Shown piece by piece: positions 8,238-18,158 of a stretch of 64,000 nt of DNA. Each line of letters starts with the position of its first letter. Position 1 is the stretch's first letter. Location of the stretch: assembly GCA_048595505.1 (NCBI GenBank), contig JBJPGG010000004.1, positions 5,683 to 69,682 on the forward strand, in the 5' to 3' direction. A program made the translations under genes and the position numbers. Below the pieces are notes generated by a model. That model was not told the origin of the DNA and did not search any database. It saw only the letters and a list, made by a program, of their open reading frames with translations. This DNA is from Methylococcaceae bacterium. GTDB lineage: Bacteria > Pseudomonadota > Gammaproteobacteria > Methylococcales > Methylomonadaceae.

Positions 8238-8441
8238 TTAGGCCGCTGAAACGCTAGTAGCCTGAGGACCTTTAGGACCATTCTCTACTTCATAAGAAAC
8301 TGCTTGACCTTCGTTCAGAGTTTTGAACCCTGTGCCCTCGATAGCGCTGAAATGTACGAATACGTCTGCTCCACCATCGTCTTGAGAAATAAAACCAAAA
8401 CCTTTGGCTTCGTTAAACCACTTTATTGTACCTGTAGCCAT
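8238..8441 (-). CDS. Cold-shock protein, CspA family
   Basis: 67 aa: [34 protein letters not shown], carrying the RNP1/RNP2 motifs of the CSD. Confidence 0.95.
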   Translation of the reverse strand: MATGTIKWFNEAKGFGFISQDDGGADVFVHFSAIEGTGFKTLNEGQAVSYEVENGPKGPQATSVSAA

Positions 8442-8915
8442 GTAAATTTTTACCTGAAATAATTAAACAATTTGTAAATTTGCGTACAGCTAATGAAACG
8501 GTGGATCATGAGGGGGAACACAGAGGGAACAACCTTTACTGCCAATAACAATATCTGTAGCTGCGCATACTATAGGTTAATCTTGCTGATTTTACCAGAG
8601 ATTTAATTTATATTTCATGGTGATAAGATGAAAATTGATAAAGATAGCTTAAGTGTACTAGTACGAAGACAAGCTTTGTTAGACTGAAATGGTCAGGGTT
8701 AGAGTTAATATATTGAGGTTTGGCGCGGGTTGCAGGGAGGTTCTGGAATTATGATGTTTCTATGGTTGAGTAAAATTAAGCTACCGAAGAGGTCTGGGTG
8801 ATTTATATCTATATACTGTTAAGTGTACGGCATTAAAAGCGACTTATAAAACGTACATGAAGTTATATTGGGTGATAATTAGTATAGAAAACTACAGTGT
8901 TGCTGTTTTTAGTGC

Positions 8916-8944
8916 TTGCATATAGTTTAATAAAGCAATATAAT
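8916..8944 (+). promoter_or_regulatory. Sigma70-type promoter for tRNA-Leu (TTGCAT-N17-TATAAT)
   Basis: -35 TTGCAT at 8916-8921, a 17-nt spacer, and a perfect -10 TATAAT at 8939-8944, which ends 15 nt upstream of the mature tRNA 5' end. Confidence 0.6.
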
Positions 8945-8959
8945 TATCAATTGATTTAG

Positions 8960-9044
<85 letters not shown>

Positions 9045-9244
9045 CTAAAATTTTATTATAGTTAACGATAATCACCGTTAATTCCCCATCTTATTTAAAT
9101 ATATCCTATTATCACTGCATTATGCATAAACGTAATACTTGTCTTGCTGATGACCAAATGGCTGGAGATAGATAGATAGGTGGTGTTAACTATGAATTGC
9201 CGATCAGCGGTATCTAAAAATCACACATTGTTTGAGGTAAAGTA

Positions 9245-10543
9245 ATGCAAGTTTCTGTTGAAAAGACATCGGAATTAGGTCGTAAAATGACCGTTAGTCT
9301 TCCTGAGGAAGTGATCCAGGAAAAAATGGATGTTCGTTTTAAGTCATTAGCACGCGAAGTTAAAATTGATGGTTTTCGTCCGGGAAAAGTGCCTGTCCGA
9401 GTAGTAAAGAAAATGTATTCAGACCGGGTGCGAGATGAGGTGACTGGTGATTTGATTCAAAAAAGCTATTTTGAAGCGCTCGAAGAGCAAAAATTAACGC
9501 CAGCAGGTCATCCGCATATCAACCCGACTGATGAGATGGTGGGTTTTGAATATATTGCTGAATTTGAAGTTTACCCAGAAATTTCTCTGGATGGCTTGGC
9601 TGGTTTAGACGTTAAACGGCCCGTGGCAACAGTTGAGTCGGCGGACCATGATGCGATGGTTGCTAAATTAAGAGATCAAAAGAAAGAATGGGGCGTTGTT
9701 GAACGTGCTTCTGAAAAGAGTGATCGGGTAACACTTCATTTCTCTGGTGTTTGTGATGGCGAAAATTTTACCGATGGAAAAGTTAAGGATTATGCGGTAG
9801 AAATTGGATCGGAACAGATGATTCCGGGGTTTGAGCAAGAGTTAATTGGTCTTGAAGCAAGTGCTAATAAAAGTTTTGAAGTTGCTTTTCCAGAAGAATA
9901 TGGAAATGAAAAACTGGCAGGAAAAACAGCTGAGTTTGAGGTTGAAATAGTTAAAGTTGAAGCATCTGTCCTACCGGAGATTGATGAGGCATTTATTAAG
10001 GCCTATGGGATTGAGGATGGTACGGTTGAGTCTTTTAATGCTGATGTTCAGGCTAATATGGAAAGAGAGTTGGTCCAGGCTTTAAAAGGTGAATTGAAAA
10101 CTGCTGTGATGGATGCGTTGTTTGACAAGATTCTGATTGCTGTACCTAATGCTTTGATAGATCAGGAAATTCAAAGTATGATGAAACCCTATGAGGCAAA
10201 CGCTAAAAAGCAAGGCATGAAGGTAGAAGATCTTGATTTGCCAAAAGAAATGTTTGAAGTTCAAGCTAAACGTAGAGTTGCTCTGGGGCTTATTTTAGGT
10301 GAAATTATTCGTAAAAATGAGATCAAGGTAGATGATGCCAAAGTGCGGTCTACACTTGAGGAGATGGCAAGTAGTTATGACAGACCTGAAGAAGTTATCG
10401 AATGGTATTACTCTGATGAAACTCGTTTGAATGAAGTTAAGCAAATAGTGGTAGAAGATCAGACGGTTAACTGGATTGTTGATCAAGCCCAGGTGTCTGA
10501 TGAGACGATTACTTTTGATCAGGCTATGGACAAACAGCAATAA
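9245..10543 (+). CDS. tig: Trigger factor
   Basis: 432 aa. The N-terminus MQVSVEKTSELGRKMTVSLP...IDGFRPGKVP is collinear with E. coli Tig, and the gene sits in the conserved tig-clpP-clpX-lon order. Confidence 0.97.
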   Translation: MQVSVEKTSELGRKMTVSLPEEVIQEKMDVRFKSLAREVKIDGFRPGKVPVRVVKKMYSDRVRDEVTGDLIQKSYFEALEEQKLTPAGHPHINPTDEMVGFEYIAEFEVYPEISLDGLAGLDVKRPVATVESADHDAMVAKLRDQKKEWGVVERASEKSDRVTLHFSGVCDGENFTDGKVKDYAVEIGSEQMIPGFEQELIGLEASANKSFEVAFPEEYGNEKLAGKTAEFEVEIVKVEASVLPEIDEAFIKAYGIEDGTVESFNADVQANMERELVQALKGELKTAVMDALFDKILIAVPNALIDQEIQSMMKPYEANAKKQGMKVEDLDLPKEMFEVQAKRRVALGLILGEIIRKNEIKVDDAKVRSTLEEMASSYDRPEEVIEWYYSDETRLNEVKQIVVEDQTVNWIVDQAQVSDETITFDQAMDKQQ

Positions 10544-10562
10544 TTATCACTGAAGGATATTT

Positions 10563-11222
10563 ATGAATCAATATAATGGTTTGGACCAAATGGGTTCGCC
10601 GCAGATTACACCACAAGCTGCAGGTGGCTTGGTACCCATAGTCATAGAGCAGACTGCCAGGGGTGAGCGTTCATTTGATATATATTCAAGGCTATTAAAA
10701 GAGCGGGTTATTTTTTTGGTTGGTCAGGTAGAGGATTATATGGCTAACCTTGTGGTTGCTCAGTTACTGTTTCTTGAATCAGAAAACCCGGATAAAGACA
10801 TTCATTTATATATTAATTCACCGGGTGGTTCGGTGACGGCAGGGATGGCCATTTACGACACAATGCAGTTTATTAAGGCAGATGTAAGTACTATGTGTAT
10901 TGGCCAGGCGGCGAGTATGGGTTCTTTGTTGTTGACAGCAGGTGCGAAGGGCAAGCGCTTTTGTTTGCCTCATTCAAGAGTCATGATTCATCAGCCTTTA
11001 GGTGGTTTCCAGGGACAAGCATCAGATATAGATATTCATGCTCGGGAAATTCTGTTGATTAGAGAAAAATTGAATAACATATTGTCTTTTCATACGGGCC
11101 AGAATGTTGAAACAATTCAAAAAGATACAGATAGGGATAACTTTTTAAGTGCAGCGGATGCGGTTGAATATGGTTTGATTGATAAGGTGCTGTCGAAAAG
11201 AGAGCAAAATACTGAGGATTAA
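10563..11222 (+). CDS. clpP: ATP-dependent Clp protease proteolytic subunit
   Basis: 219 aa with [18 protein letters not shown], catalytic Ser in GQAASMG and His in MIHQP. Confidence 0.97.
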   Translation: MNQYNGLDQMGSPQITPQAAGGLVPIVIEQTARGERSFDIYSRLLKERVIFLVGQVEDYMANLVVAQLLFLESENPDKDIHLYINSPGGSVTAGMAIYDTMQFIKADVSTMCIGQAASMGSLLLTAGAKGKRFCLPHSRVMIHQPLGGFQGQASDIDIHAREILLIREKLNNILSFHTGQNVETIQKDTDRDNFLSAADAVEYGLIDKVLSKREQNTED

Positions 11223-11290
11223 TATTGGTAATTTTAACGGTTTCGATATATCCTTACATAATGCAACCTTATTTTTTGGAGGCTTAATTT

Positions 11291-12550
11291 ATGAGTAATG
11301 ACAAAAAAAGCAAGGACGATGAGAAGCTACTCTATTGTTCTTTTTGTGGTAAAAGCCAAAATGAAGTTAGAAAGCTGATTGCTGGACCATCGGTCTATGT
11401 TTGTGATGAATGTGTTGAGCTCTGTAACGATATTATCAGAGATGAATTACAGGAAGAAGTAGAGTTTGGTAGCGGTAAGTTGCCTAAGCCTAAAGAAATA
11501 AAGGCGGAGCTGGATGGTTATGTCATTGGCCAGGAAAGTGCCAAAAAAATGCTGTCAGTTGCTGTTTATAACCATTATAAACGCTTACGTAGCAATTCCC
11601 AAAAAGATGAGATAGAGTTGGCGAAATCTAATATCTTGTTAATTGGGCCGACTGGTTCGGGAAAAACATTACTTGCTGAAACTTTAGCTAGGCTGTTGGA
11701 TGTGCCTTTTACTATTGCTGATGCAACTACATTAACGGAAGCTGGGTATGTAGGTGAAGATGTTGAAAATATTATCCAGAAGATTCTGCAAAAGTGTGAT
11801 TATGATGTGGAAAAAGCAGAAACAGGGATTGTTTATATTGATGAAATAGATAAGATTACCAGAAAATCAGACAACCCCTCAATTACCAGGGATGTTTCTG
11901 GCGAAGGTGTTCAGCAAGCATTGTTGAAATTAATTGAAGGGACCGTTGCTTCAATTCCGCCTCAAGGAGGAAGAAAGCATCCACAGCAAGAATTTTTGCA
12001 GGTGAATACTGCCAATATACTATTTATCGTAGGTGGTGCGTTTTCTGGCTTGGAGCAAGTGATAAAAGATCGTACCGAGAAAGGTGGTATTGGTTTTTCT
12101 GCTGAAGTAAAAACAAAAGACGAAACAAAAAATGTGGGTGAACTTTTTGCTCAAATTGAAGCAGAGGATTTAATCAAATATGGTTTAATTCCTGAATTTG
12201 TAGGTCGTTTACCAGTGGTTGCTACATTAGAAGAGTTAGATGAGGCGGCATTAATACAGATTTTAACAGAACCTAAAAATGCTTTGATTAAGCAGTATCA
12301 ACATTTGTTTGAAATGGAAGGTGTTGAGCTTGAATTTAGAGACGAATCTTTATCAGCTATTGCAAGAAAGTCCATGGAAAGAAAAACGGGGGCTAGAGGG
12401 CTGAGAACTATTGTAGAAAATGTTTTATTGGATACGATGTATGAAATACCTTCAGCTGAAAACATTAGTAAAGTGGTGGTCGATGAAAGTGTTATTTTGG
12501 GTGAATCTGATCCGCTGATGGTTTATGAGGCAGAGCAGAAAAAAGCGTAA
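11291..12550 (+). CDS. clpX: ATP-dependent Clp protease ATP-binding subunit ClpX
   Basis: 419 aa with zinc finger CSFCGK...CDEC, Walker A GPTGSGKT and Walker [10 protein letters not shown]. Confidence 0.97.
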   Translation: MSNDKKSKDDEKLLYCSFCGKSQNEVRKLIAGPSVYVCDECVELCNDIIRDELQEEVEFGSGKLPKPKEIKAELDGYVIGQESAKKMLSVAVYNHYKRLRSNSQKDEIELAKSNILLIGPTGSGKTLLAETLARLLDVPFTIADATTLTEAGYVGEDVENIIQKILQKCDYDVEKAETGIVYIDEIDKITRKSDNPSITRDVSGEGVQQALLKLIEGTVASIPPQGGRKHPQQEFLQVNTANILFIVGGAFSGLEQVIKDRTEKGGIGFSAEVKTKDETKNVGELFAQIEAEDLIKYGLIPEFVGRLPVVATLEELDEAALIQILTEPKNALIKQYQHLFEMEGVELEFRDESLSAIARKSMERKTGARGLRTIVENVLLDTMYEIPSAENISKVVVDESVILGESDPLMVYEAEQKKA

Positions 12551-12638
12551 TTGAGATAGGGTAATAGCATTTTTCGAGTGAATGAATGTGTGGGCTAATA
12601 ACATCCAATATTATTCTGTACTTGTTTGTGTAAAAAAA

Positions 12639-12672
12639 CGGGAAGCTTGGAAACAAGCTTCCCGTTTTTTTT
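12639..12672 (+). terminator. Rho-independent terminator after clpX
   Basis: 10-bp stem CGGGAAGCTT (12639-12648) / AAGCTTCCCG (12655-12664) with loop GGAAAC, followed by T8 (12665-12672). Confidence 0.9.
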
Positions 12673-12692
12673 GCCAAGTTTATTGCCGGTTA

Positions 12693-12720
12693 CTTGCTTT
12701 TTCTATATCTCTCCCCATAT
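12693..12720 (+). promoter_or_regulatory. Sigma32 (heat-shock) type promoter upstream of lon
   Basis: CTTGCTT (12693-12699), N13, CCCCATAT (12713-12720), compared with the consensus CTTGAAA-N13/14-CCCCATNT. It lies 50 nt upstream of the lon ATG. Confidence 0.65.
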
Positions 12721-12769
12721 CATTAGGCAAAACCGATTGTTATAGTAAGATTATTTAAAGGTTCCTTTG

Positions 12770-15187
12770 ATGGAAGAACAGACTGATTTGATACATTTAG
12801 ACGACTTAATTCCTGTTTTACCGCTGAGAGATGTAGTGGTTTATCCACATATGGTCATCCCTTTGTTTGTAGGTAGGGATAAATCGATTGATGCCATAGA
12901 GGCGGCAATGAGCCAGGATAAGCAATTGCTCTTGGTTGCCCAAAAAGAAGCCGAGGTTGATGAGCCAGAGTTTGAAGATCTATACCGGGCAGGAACTTTA
13001 GCTAATATATTACAGTTATTGAAATTACCTGATGGTACTGTGAAGGTGCTGGTTGAGGGTGAGCGACGATGTAAGGTGATTAAGTATCAGGAGTTTAAAG
13101 GCTATTATGCGGCGACTGTTGCAGAAATAAACGACGAACTGGATATTTCAGATCTAGAGCAAGAAGTGCTACAGCGCACGGCAATTAGCTCATTTGATCA
13201 GTATGTGAAGCTGAATAATAAAATACCTCCTGAGGTATTAAATTCATTGGCTGGTATTGACGACTCTAGTCGACTGGCTGATACGATTGCTGCGCATATG
13301 ACCTTGAAGGTTGAAGAAAAGCAGGCGATGCTGGAAATGGAGGATGTCGCTAAACGTTTGGAAGGCTTGATGACTTTAATGGAAGGTGAGAATGATCTGC
13401 TGGAAATGGAGAAAAGAATTCGTGGTCGAGTAAAAAAGCAAATGGAGAAAAACCAAAGGGAATACTATCTGAATGAGCAAATGAAAGCGATTCAGAAGGA
13501 ATTGGGGGATATGGATGATGGCAGCAATGAAATTGAAGAGCTGGAAAAGAAAATTGTTGCGGCAGGCATGTCTAAGGATGCTAAAGAAAAAGCCGATGCT
13601 GAGCTGAATAAACTAAAATTAATGTCACCCATGTCTGCTGAGGCAACAGTGGTGCGAAATTATATAGATTGGATGGTGGGTGTGCCTTGGAAAAAGAAGA
13701 CTAAGGTGCGTCATGATCTAAAAGTTGCAGAAGAAGTATTAGAAGCTGATCATTACGGCCTGGATAAAGTTAAAGAAAGGATTCTTGAATATCTAGCTGT
13801 ACAGCAACGAGTCAAAAAATTAAAAGGACCTATTTTATGTTTAGTGGGGCCTCCTGGTGTAGGTAAAACTTCTTTGGGTCGTTCTATTGCTAGGGCGACT
13901 AATAGAAAATATGTTCGTATGGCATTGGGCGGAGTTAGGGATGAAGCTGAAATTCGTGGACATAGACGGACTTATATTGGATCGATGCCAGGTAAGATAT
14001 TGCAAAACTTATCTAAGGTGAAAACTAGGAATCCAATGTTTTTATTGGATGAGATTGATAAAATGGCTGCTGATTTTCGGGGTGATCCGGCATCTGCTTT
14101 GCTGGAAGTTTTAGATCCCGAGCAAAACCACACCTTTGCAGATCATTATTTGGAAGTGGATTTTGATTTGTCGGATGTTATGTTTGTTGCAACGGCTAAT
14201 ACTATGAATATTCCTCCAGCTTTACTGGATAGAATGGAGGTTATTCGTTTGGCTGGATATACAGAAGATGAGAAGATTAATATTGCTACCCGTTTTCTAA
14301 TTCCAAAACAACAAAAAAATAATGGGCTTGAAGCATCTGAAATTGATATTACAGAGGATGCCGTAAAAAATATTGTTAGATATTATACCCGTGAAGCAGG
14401 GGTTAGAAGTTTAGAGCGAGAAATTTCCAAGATATGTCGTAAAGTAGTTAAAGGCTTGTTATTAAAAGCTAAGAAAACTAAAGTATCTGTCACAGAAAGC
14501 AATTTAAACGATTACCTTGGAGTCAAACGCTTTAGCTATGGTTTAGCTGAGGATCAGGACCAGGTAGGGCAAGTTACTGGCTTGGCCTGGACTGAGGTGG
14601 GTGGTGAGTTGTTGACTATTGAAACGGCAGTAATGCCAGGGAAAGGCAAGCAATCTGCAACCGGTAAGTTGGGCGATGTAATGAAGGAATCTATAGAAGC
14701 AGCCGTGACTGTTGTTAGAAGTCGGTCTGGGTTGTTGGGTATTGATAATGATGTGTTCCAAAGCAATGATATTCATATTCATGTGCCTGAAGGGGCTACA
14801 CCAAAAGATGGCCCCAGTGCAGGGATTGGTATGTGTACTGCTATTATTTCGGCATTAACACAGATTCCAGTACGAGCAAATGTTGCTATGACTGGCGAAA
14901 TAACACTCAGGGGTGAGGTTTTGCCAATTGGGGGGTTGAAAGAAAAATTATTGGCTGCTCATAGAGGTGGGATTACAACGGTATTAATCCCTTTTGAAAA
15001 TGAGAAGGATTTAGTTGAAATCCCAGAAAATATTAAACAAAGCTTAGACATCAGGCCCGTTCGCTGGATAGATGAGGTGTTAGAAATAGCATTGCAGTAT
15101 ATGCCGGTTCCTAGTGATAGTGTAGAGGAAAAAGGGGCTGACTCAAAAACGGAAAAAAATAAGAAAATGGGAATGATTGCCCATTAA
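12770..15187 (+). CDS. lon: Lon protease
   Basis: About 805 aa from ATG 12770 (the track ORF begins one codon earlier at TTG 12767). Walker [10 protein letters not shown] and the catalytic Ser segment PKDGPSAG are present. Confidence 0.97.
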   Translation: MEEQTDLIHLDDLIPVLPLRDVVVYPHMVIPLFVGRDKSIDAIEAAMSQDKQLLLVAQKEAEVDEPEFEDLYRAGTLANILQLLKLPDGTVKVLVEGERRCKVIKYQEFKGYYAATVAEINDELDISDLEQEVLQRTAISSFDQYVKLNNKIPPEVLNSLAGIDDSSRLADTIAAHMTLKVEEKQAMLEMEDVAKRLEGLMTLMEGENDLLEMEKRIRGRVKKQMEKNQREYYLNEQMKAIQKELGDMDDGSNEIEELEKKIVAAGMSKDAKEKADAELNKLKLMSPMSAEATVVRNYIDWMVGVPWKKKTKVRHDLKVAEEVLEADHYGLDKVKERILEYLAVQQRVKKLKGPILCLVGPPGVGKTSLGRSIARATNRKYVRMALGGVRDEAEIRGHRRTYIGSMPGKILQNLSKVKTRNPMFLLDEIDKMAADFRGDPASALLEVLDPEQNHTFADHYLEVDFDLSDVMFVATANTMNIPPALLDRMEVIRLAGYTEDEKINIATRFLIPKQQKNNGLEASEIDITEDAVKNIVRYYTREAGVRSLEREISKICRKVVKGLLLKAKKTKVSVTESNLNDYLGVKRFSYGLAEDQDQVGQVTGLAWTEVGGELLTIETAVMPGKGKQSATGKLGDVMKESIEAAVTVVRSRSGLLGIDNDVFQSNDIHIHVPEGATPKDGPSAGIGMCTAIISALTQIPVRANVAMTGEITLRGEVLPIGGLKEKLLAAHRGGITTVLIPFENEKDLVEIPENIKQSLDIRPVRWIDEVLEIALQYMPVPSDSVEEKGADSKTEKNKKMGMIAH

Positions 15188-15430
15188 AACAATTGCTTTA
15201 ACCAAATTTATATTCTGGTTTGTAGTGTCAATCCCTCGAAATCAGGTGGTCTATATGGTTTTTTCTTGACAGGATGTGATGGCTATTGATATAAAGAGTC
15301 CTGTTTCTTAATAGACTGGATTATTGCTCTGGTACAGTCTACGAGATCAGGAAGCATTCATACCATAATATATAAATAATAAGTATAAATATAATTACAT
15401 AATATTACTTTACTTCCTTAAGGAGGAATA

Positions 15431-15703
15431 ATGAATAAATCGGAACTTATTGATGCAATTGCTGATGCATCTGAATTAACAAAGGCGGATGCAGGTCGTG
15501 CATTAGATGGTTTTTTAGGTGCTGTAACTGAAGCTTTGAGTAATGGTGATTCTGTTGCCTTAGTTGGTTTTGGAACATTCTCTGTTAAGGAAAGAGCAGA
15601 GCGTAAAGGACGTAATCCACAGACAGGTGCAGAAATAACTATTAAAGCAGCAAAAATTCCTTCATTTAAAGCTGGTAAATCTTTAAAAGATGCTGTAAAC
15701 TAG
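15431..15703 (+). CDS. hupB: DNA-binding protein HU (beta-type by position)
   Basis: 90 aa: [11 protein letters not shown]...[33 protein letters not shown] upstream. It sits between lon and ppiD as in E. coli. Confidence 0.95.
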   Translation: MNKSELIDAIADASELTKADAGRALDGFLGAVTEALSNGDSVALVGFGTFSVKERAERKGRNPQTGAEITIKAAKIPSFKAGKSLKDAVN

Positions 15704-15715
15704 TCTTCTTTAGTC

Positions 15716-15791
15716 GGGTGCTTAGCTCAGCTGGGAGAGCATCGCCCTTACAAGGCGAGGGTCGGGGGTTCGATCCCCTCAGCACCCACCA
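15716..15791 (+). tRNA. tRNA-Val (anticodon UAC)
   Basis: 76 nt: GGGTGCTTAGCTCAGCTGGGAGAGC...CTTACAA loop...GGTTCGATCCCC...CACCCACCA, close to E. coli tRNA-Val(UAC). Confidence 0.95.
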
Positions 15792-15799
15792 GAGACTAT

Positions 15800-15876
15800 G
15801 GAGCGGTAGTTCAGTTGGTTAGAATACCGGCCTGTCACGCCGGGGGTCGCGGGTTCGAGTCCCGTCCGCTCCGCCA
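15800..15876 (+). tRNA. tRNA-Asp (anticodon GUC)
   Basis: 77 nt: GGAGCGGTAGTTCAGTTGGTTAGAATACC.GCCTGTCACG...GGGTTCGAGTCCCGTCCGCTCCGCCA, near-identical to E. coli tRNA-Asp. Confidence 0.95.
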
Positions 15877-15887
15877 AAAAATGAAAA

Positions 15888-15918
15888 CCCCGAGCCATTT
15901 GGTTTGGGGTTTTTTTTT
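15888..15918 (+). terminator. Rho-independent terminator after the tRNA pair
   Basis: Stem CCCCGAGCC (15888-15896) / GGTTTGGGG (15901-15909), including G-U pairs, with loop ATTT, followed by T9 (15910-15918). Confidence 0.85.
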
Positions 15919-16022
15919 GCTTGAAATTTTTACATTAAAGACTCACTCCTGCTTGTTAAAGTCTTGAGCGTAGTGTCTGTTTTACATTATTAATTATTAC
16001 AAATTTGATTTAAGGATCATAT

Positions 16023-17906
16023 ATGTTATTAAAGATTAGAGAGAAATCGCAGGGAGTTTTTGCCTGGGTCATTTTGATATTAATATGTGTACCCTTTGCT
16101 TTATGGGGTATTCAGAACTATGTGGGAGGGGGTAGTGAAACAGCTATCGCTACAGTTGGAGAAAAAGATTTTTTTCAACAAGACCTCAATAGAGCCTATG
16201 CGCAATATAGTCAGAATTTAGCCGGGGTTAATTTTGATGAAAATGCAGTAAAAAAACAGGCATTGGAAAAGTTAATTCAGGATGAAGTCGTTTTACAGCA
16301 TGCGCAAGATGAAAACTTGGTTGTTACTGATGGGGAGGCTAGGGCCTTTATTAAAGGCTTGGACTATTTTCAAACGGATGGCAAGTTTGATAACAAGCAG
16401 TATAAAACATTACTATCTACGCAAAGAATGACACCTGCTGACTTCGTCAATAGAATTAAGAAAGCATTGGTAATGGAGCAGTTTCAGCGTAGTGTAATGG
16501 AAAGTAGTTTTGCTACCCAGATAGACATTGAGAATTTTTTCAAAATACAAAATCAGAAGCGTGATGTAGAGGTTATTTCTATTGCTAAGCAAAAGATAGA
16601 AGAACAGCCTGCAGTTGAGGAAATTGAAAGTTATTATCAACAGCATCAAAACTCTTTTTTAACTGATGAACAGGTTTCAATTGAATATATTGAGTTATCA
16701 CTGGATGTGCTGGCAAAACAAGTAGAGCCTTCAGCTGAGCAGTTAACAGCTTATTATGAAGAGCAAAAAGATTTGTATACGACCAAGGAACGTAGAAAAG
16801 TTAGTCATATTTTATTTGCATTTACTAAGGATGGTGGCGAAGATGAAAAACAGCTGGAGAGAGCTATAGTTGCATCGAAAGACCTTGAGATCAAAGAGTT
16901 CTCGGTGCTAGCTGCTGAAGTGTCAGATGATAAGCTAACGGCCTCTAAAGGAGGGGATCTTGGCTTGTTTAATGTGGGTGTAATGGAAAAAGCATTTGAA
17001 GGTGTTGCTAGTTCTTTGCAGTTAGGTGAGGTTTCGAAACCAGTAAAATCTGCATTTGGTTATCATTTAATTAAAGTGACCGAGCTTGAACCGGCTAGCG
17101 TTAAATCGTTTGATGTTGTCAAAGATGAATTGACACTCGCTTATCAAAGGTTAGAAGCAGAGACAAGCTTCTATGAATTGGGCGAAACATTAACAGAAGT
17201 GAGTTTTGAAAACCCGAATAGCTTGCAGCCAGTTGCTGATGCATTGGGTGTAGAAATCAAGAAAACAAGATTGTTTGGCAAAAATGCAACAGCAAATGCT
17301 GCTGATGAAAAAGCTGTTGTTTCTCAGGCAGTAGTGGTTAATGCAGCATTTTCTGAAGATGTGTTAAAAGGTAATAACAGTGAGCCTGTCGAACTTGGAA
17401 CAGATAGACTGATTGTGTTAAGGATGGTCGAGCATACGCGGGCAGATGTAAAAGCCTTAAAAGATGTAAAAGCCATCATTGTTGTAACATTGTTAAATGA
17501 AAAAGCCACAAAATTAACTGCTGAGAAAGCGGAAAAAATCAAAAAAGCAGTTATGTCAGGAAAGACTATGCAGCTGGCTGCAGAAGAGAATGGGCTTAAA
17601 GTTCAACAATTTTCTGATTTATCACGCGCTGGTGGTGATTTAGCTTGGCAGGTTAATCAGGCTGTTTTTAAGGCGGCAAAGCCTATAGATGGTAAATCAA
17701 CTGTTGTTGCAGTTGCTGAGCCCTCCGGTTCACAAGTTGTCATCAATGTACTTAAGGTTAAAGAAGGAGTGATGACTGAGGCTGATACTGCTAAACAAAA
17801 ACTGGCTGAGACTAATTTGGCTAAAGCATTTGGGCAAGCTGATTTTAAATCTACCATCAATAGTTTGCGGGCAAATGCTAAGGTCAGGATTAACATCGAA
17901 GAGTAG
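16023..17906 (+). CDS. ppiD: Periplasmic chaperone / peptidyl-prolyl isomerase PpiD
   Basis: 627 aa with an N-terminal membrane anchor (VFAWVILILICVPFALWGI) and a parvulin segment GGDLGLF...FGYHLIKV. It is in the conserved position after hupB. Confidence 0.9.
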   Translation: MLLKIREKSQGVFAWVILILICVPFALWGIQNYVGGGSETAIATVGEKDFFQQDLNRAYAQYSQNLAGVNFDENAVKKQALEKLIQDEVVLQHAQDENLVVTDGEARAFIKGLDYFQTDGKFDNKQYKTLLSTQRMTPADFVNRIKKALVMEQFQRSVMESSFATQIDIENFFKIQNQKRDVEVISIAKQKIEEQPAVEEIESYYQQHQNSFLTDEQVSIEYIELSLDVLAKQVEPSAEQLTAYYEEQKDLYTTKERRKVSHILFAFTKDGGEDEKQLERAIVASKDLEIKEFSVLAAEVSDDKLTASKGGDLGLFNVGVMEKAFEGVASSLQLGEVSKPVKSAFGYHLIKVTELEPASVKSFDVVKDELTLAYQRLEAETSFYELGETLTEVSFENPNSLQPVADALGVEIKKTRLFGKNATANAADEKAVVSQAVVVNAAFSEDVLKGNNSEPVELGTDRLIVLRMVEHTRADVKALKDVKAIIVVTLLNEKATKLTAEKAEKIKKAVMSGKTMQLAAEENGLKVQQFSDLSRAGGDLAWQVNQAVFKAAKPIDGKSTVVAVAEPSGSQVVINVLKVKEGVMTEADTAKQKLAETNLAKAFGQADFKSTINSLRANAKVRINIEE

Positions 17907-18102
17907 ATGTTTTTTGAGGTATTATTTAGGTTGCCGGTTTAAATTCGGGGTTAGAAGTGTTTAAATTGGCAGTATGGAAATATATTTTATTTCAAATGAT
18001 TTCGTTTATGTTTCCTAGAGCCTGATCACGATTGTTAGGAGCCGGAGGCAGTTAAGTGAGGGCGGAGAGCAGAAGCCGGGTTTCACATGAAGTAAAGGAG
18101 GG

Positions 18103-18151
18103 TTTCGAGCACCGCCCAAGCGTAACTTATAGTGGTGCAGTAAGTCTTGAG
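18103..18151 (-). repeat. Copy A of a 49-nt conserved intergenic element (second copy at 61861-61909)
   Basis: The minus-strand read CTCAAGACTTACTGCACCACTATAAGTTACGCTTGGGCGGTGCTCGAAA aligns without gaps to 61861-61909, with 41/49 identities by hand. It begins 7 nt after the stop of the motB-like gene, in the same orientation. Confidence 0.7.
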
Positions 18152-18158
18152 CCGGCCC

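Noticed and set aside
17907-18158. The ppiD / motB-like spacer (and the 61836-62277 spacer) examined as 6S RNA, tmRNA, SRP RNA or a group II intron fragment
   Set aside because: There is no match to the remembered E. coli 6S, 4.5S or tmRNA sequences. There is no tRNA-like 3' end and no GUGYG 5' end. The CGTATGC-TATA-GCATGCG hairpin at 62015-62032 lacks the length, bulge and GNRA loop of intron domain V. The region is retained only as an unexplained repeat.
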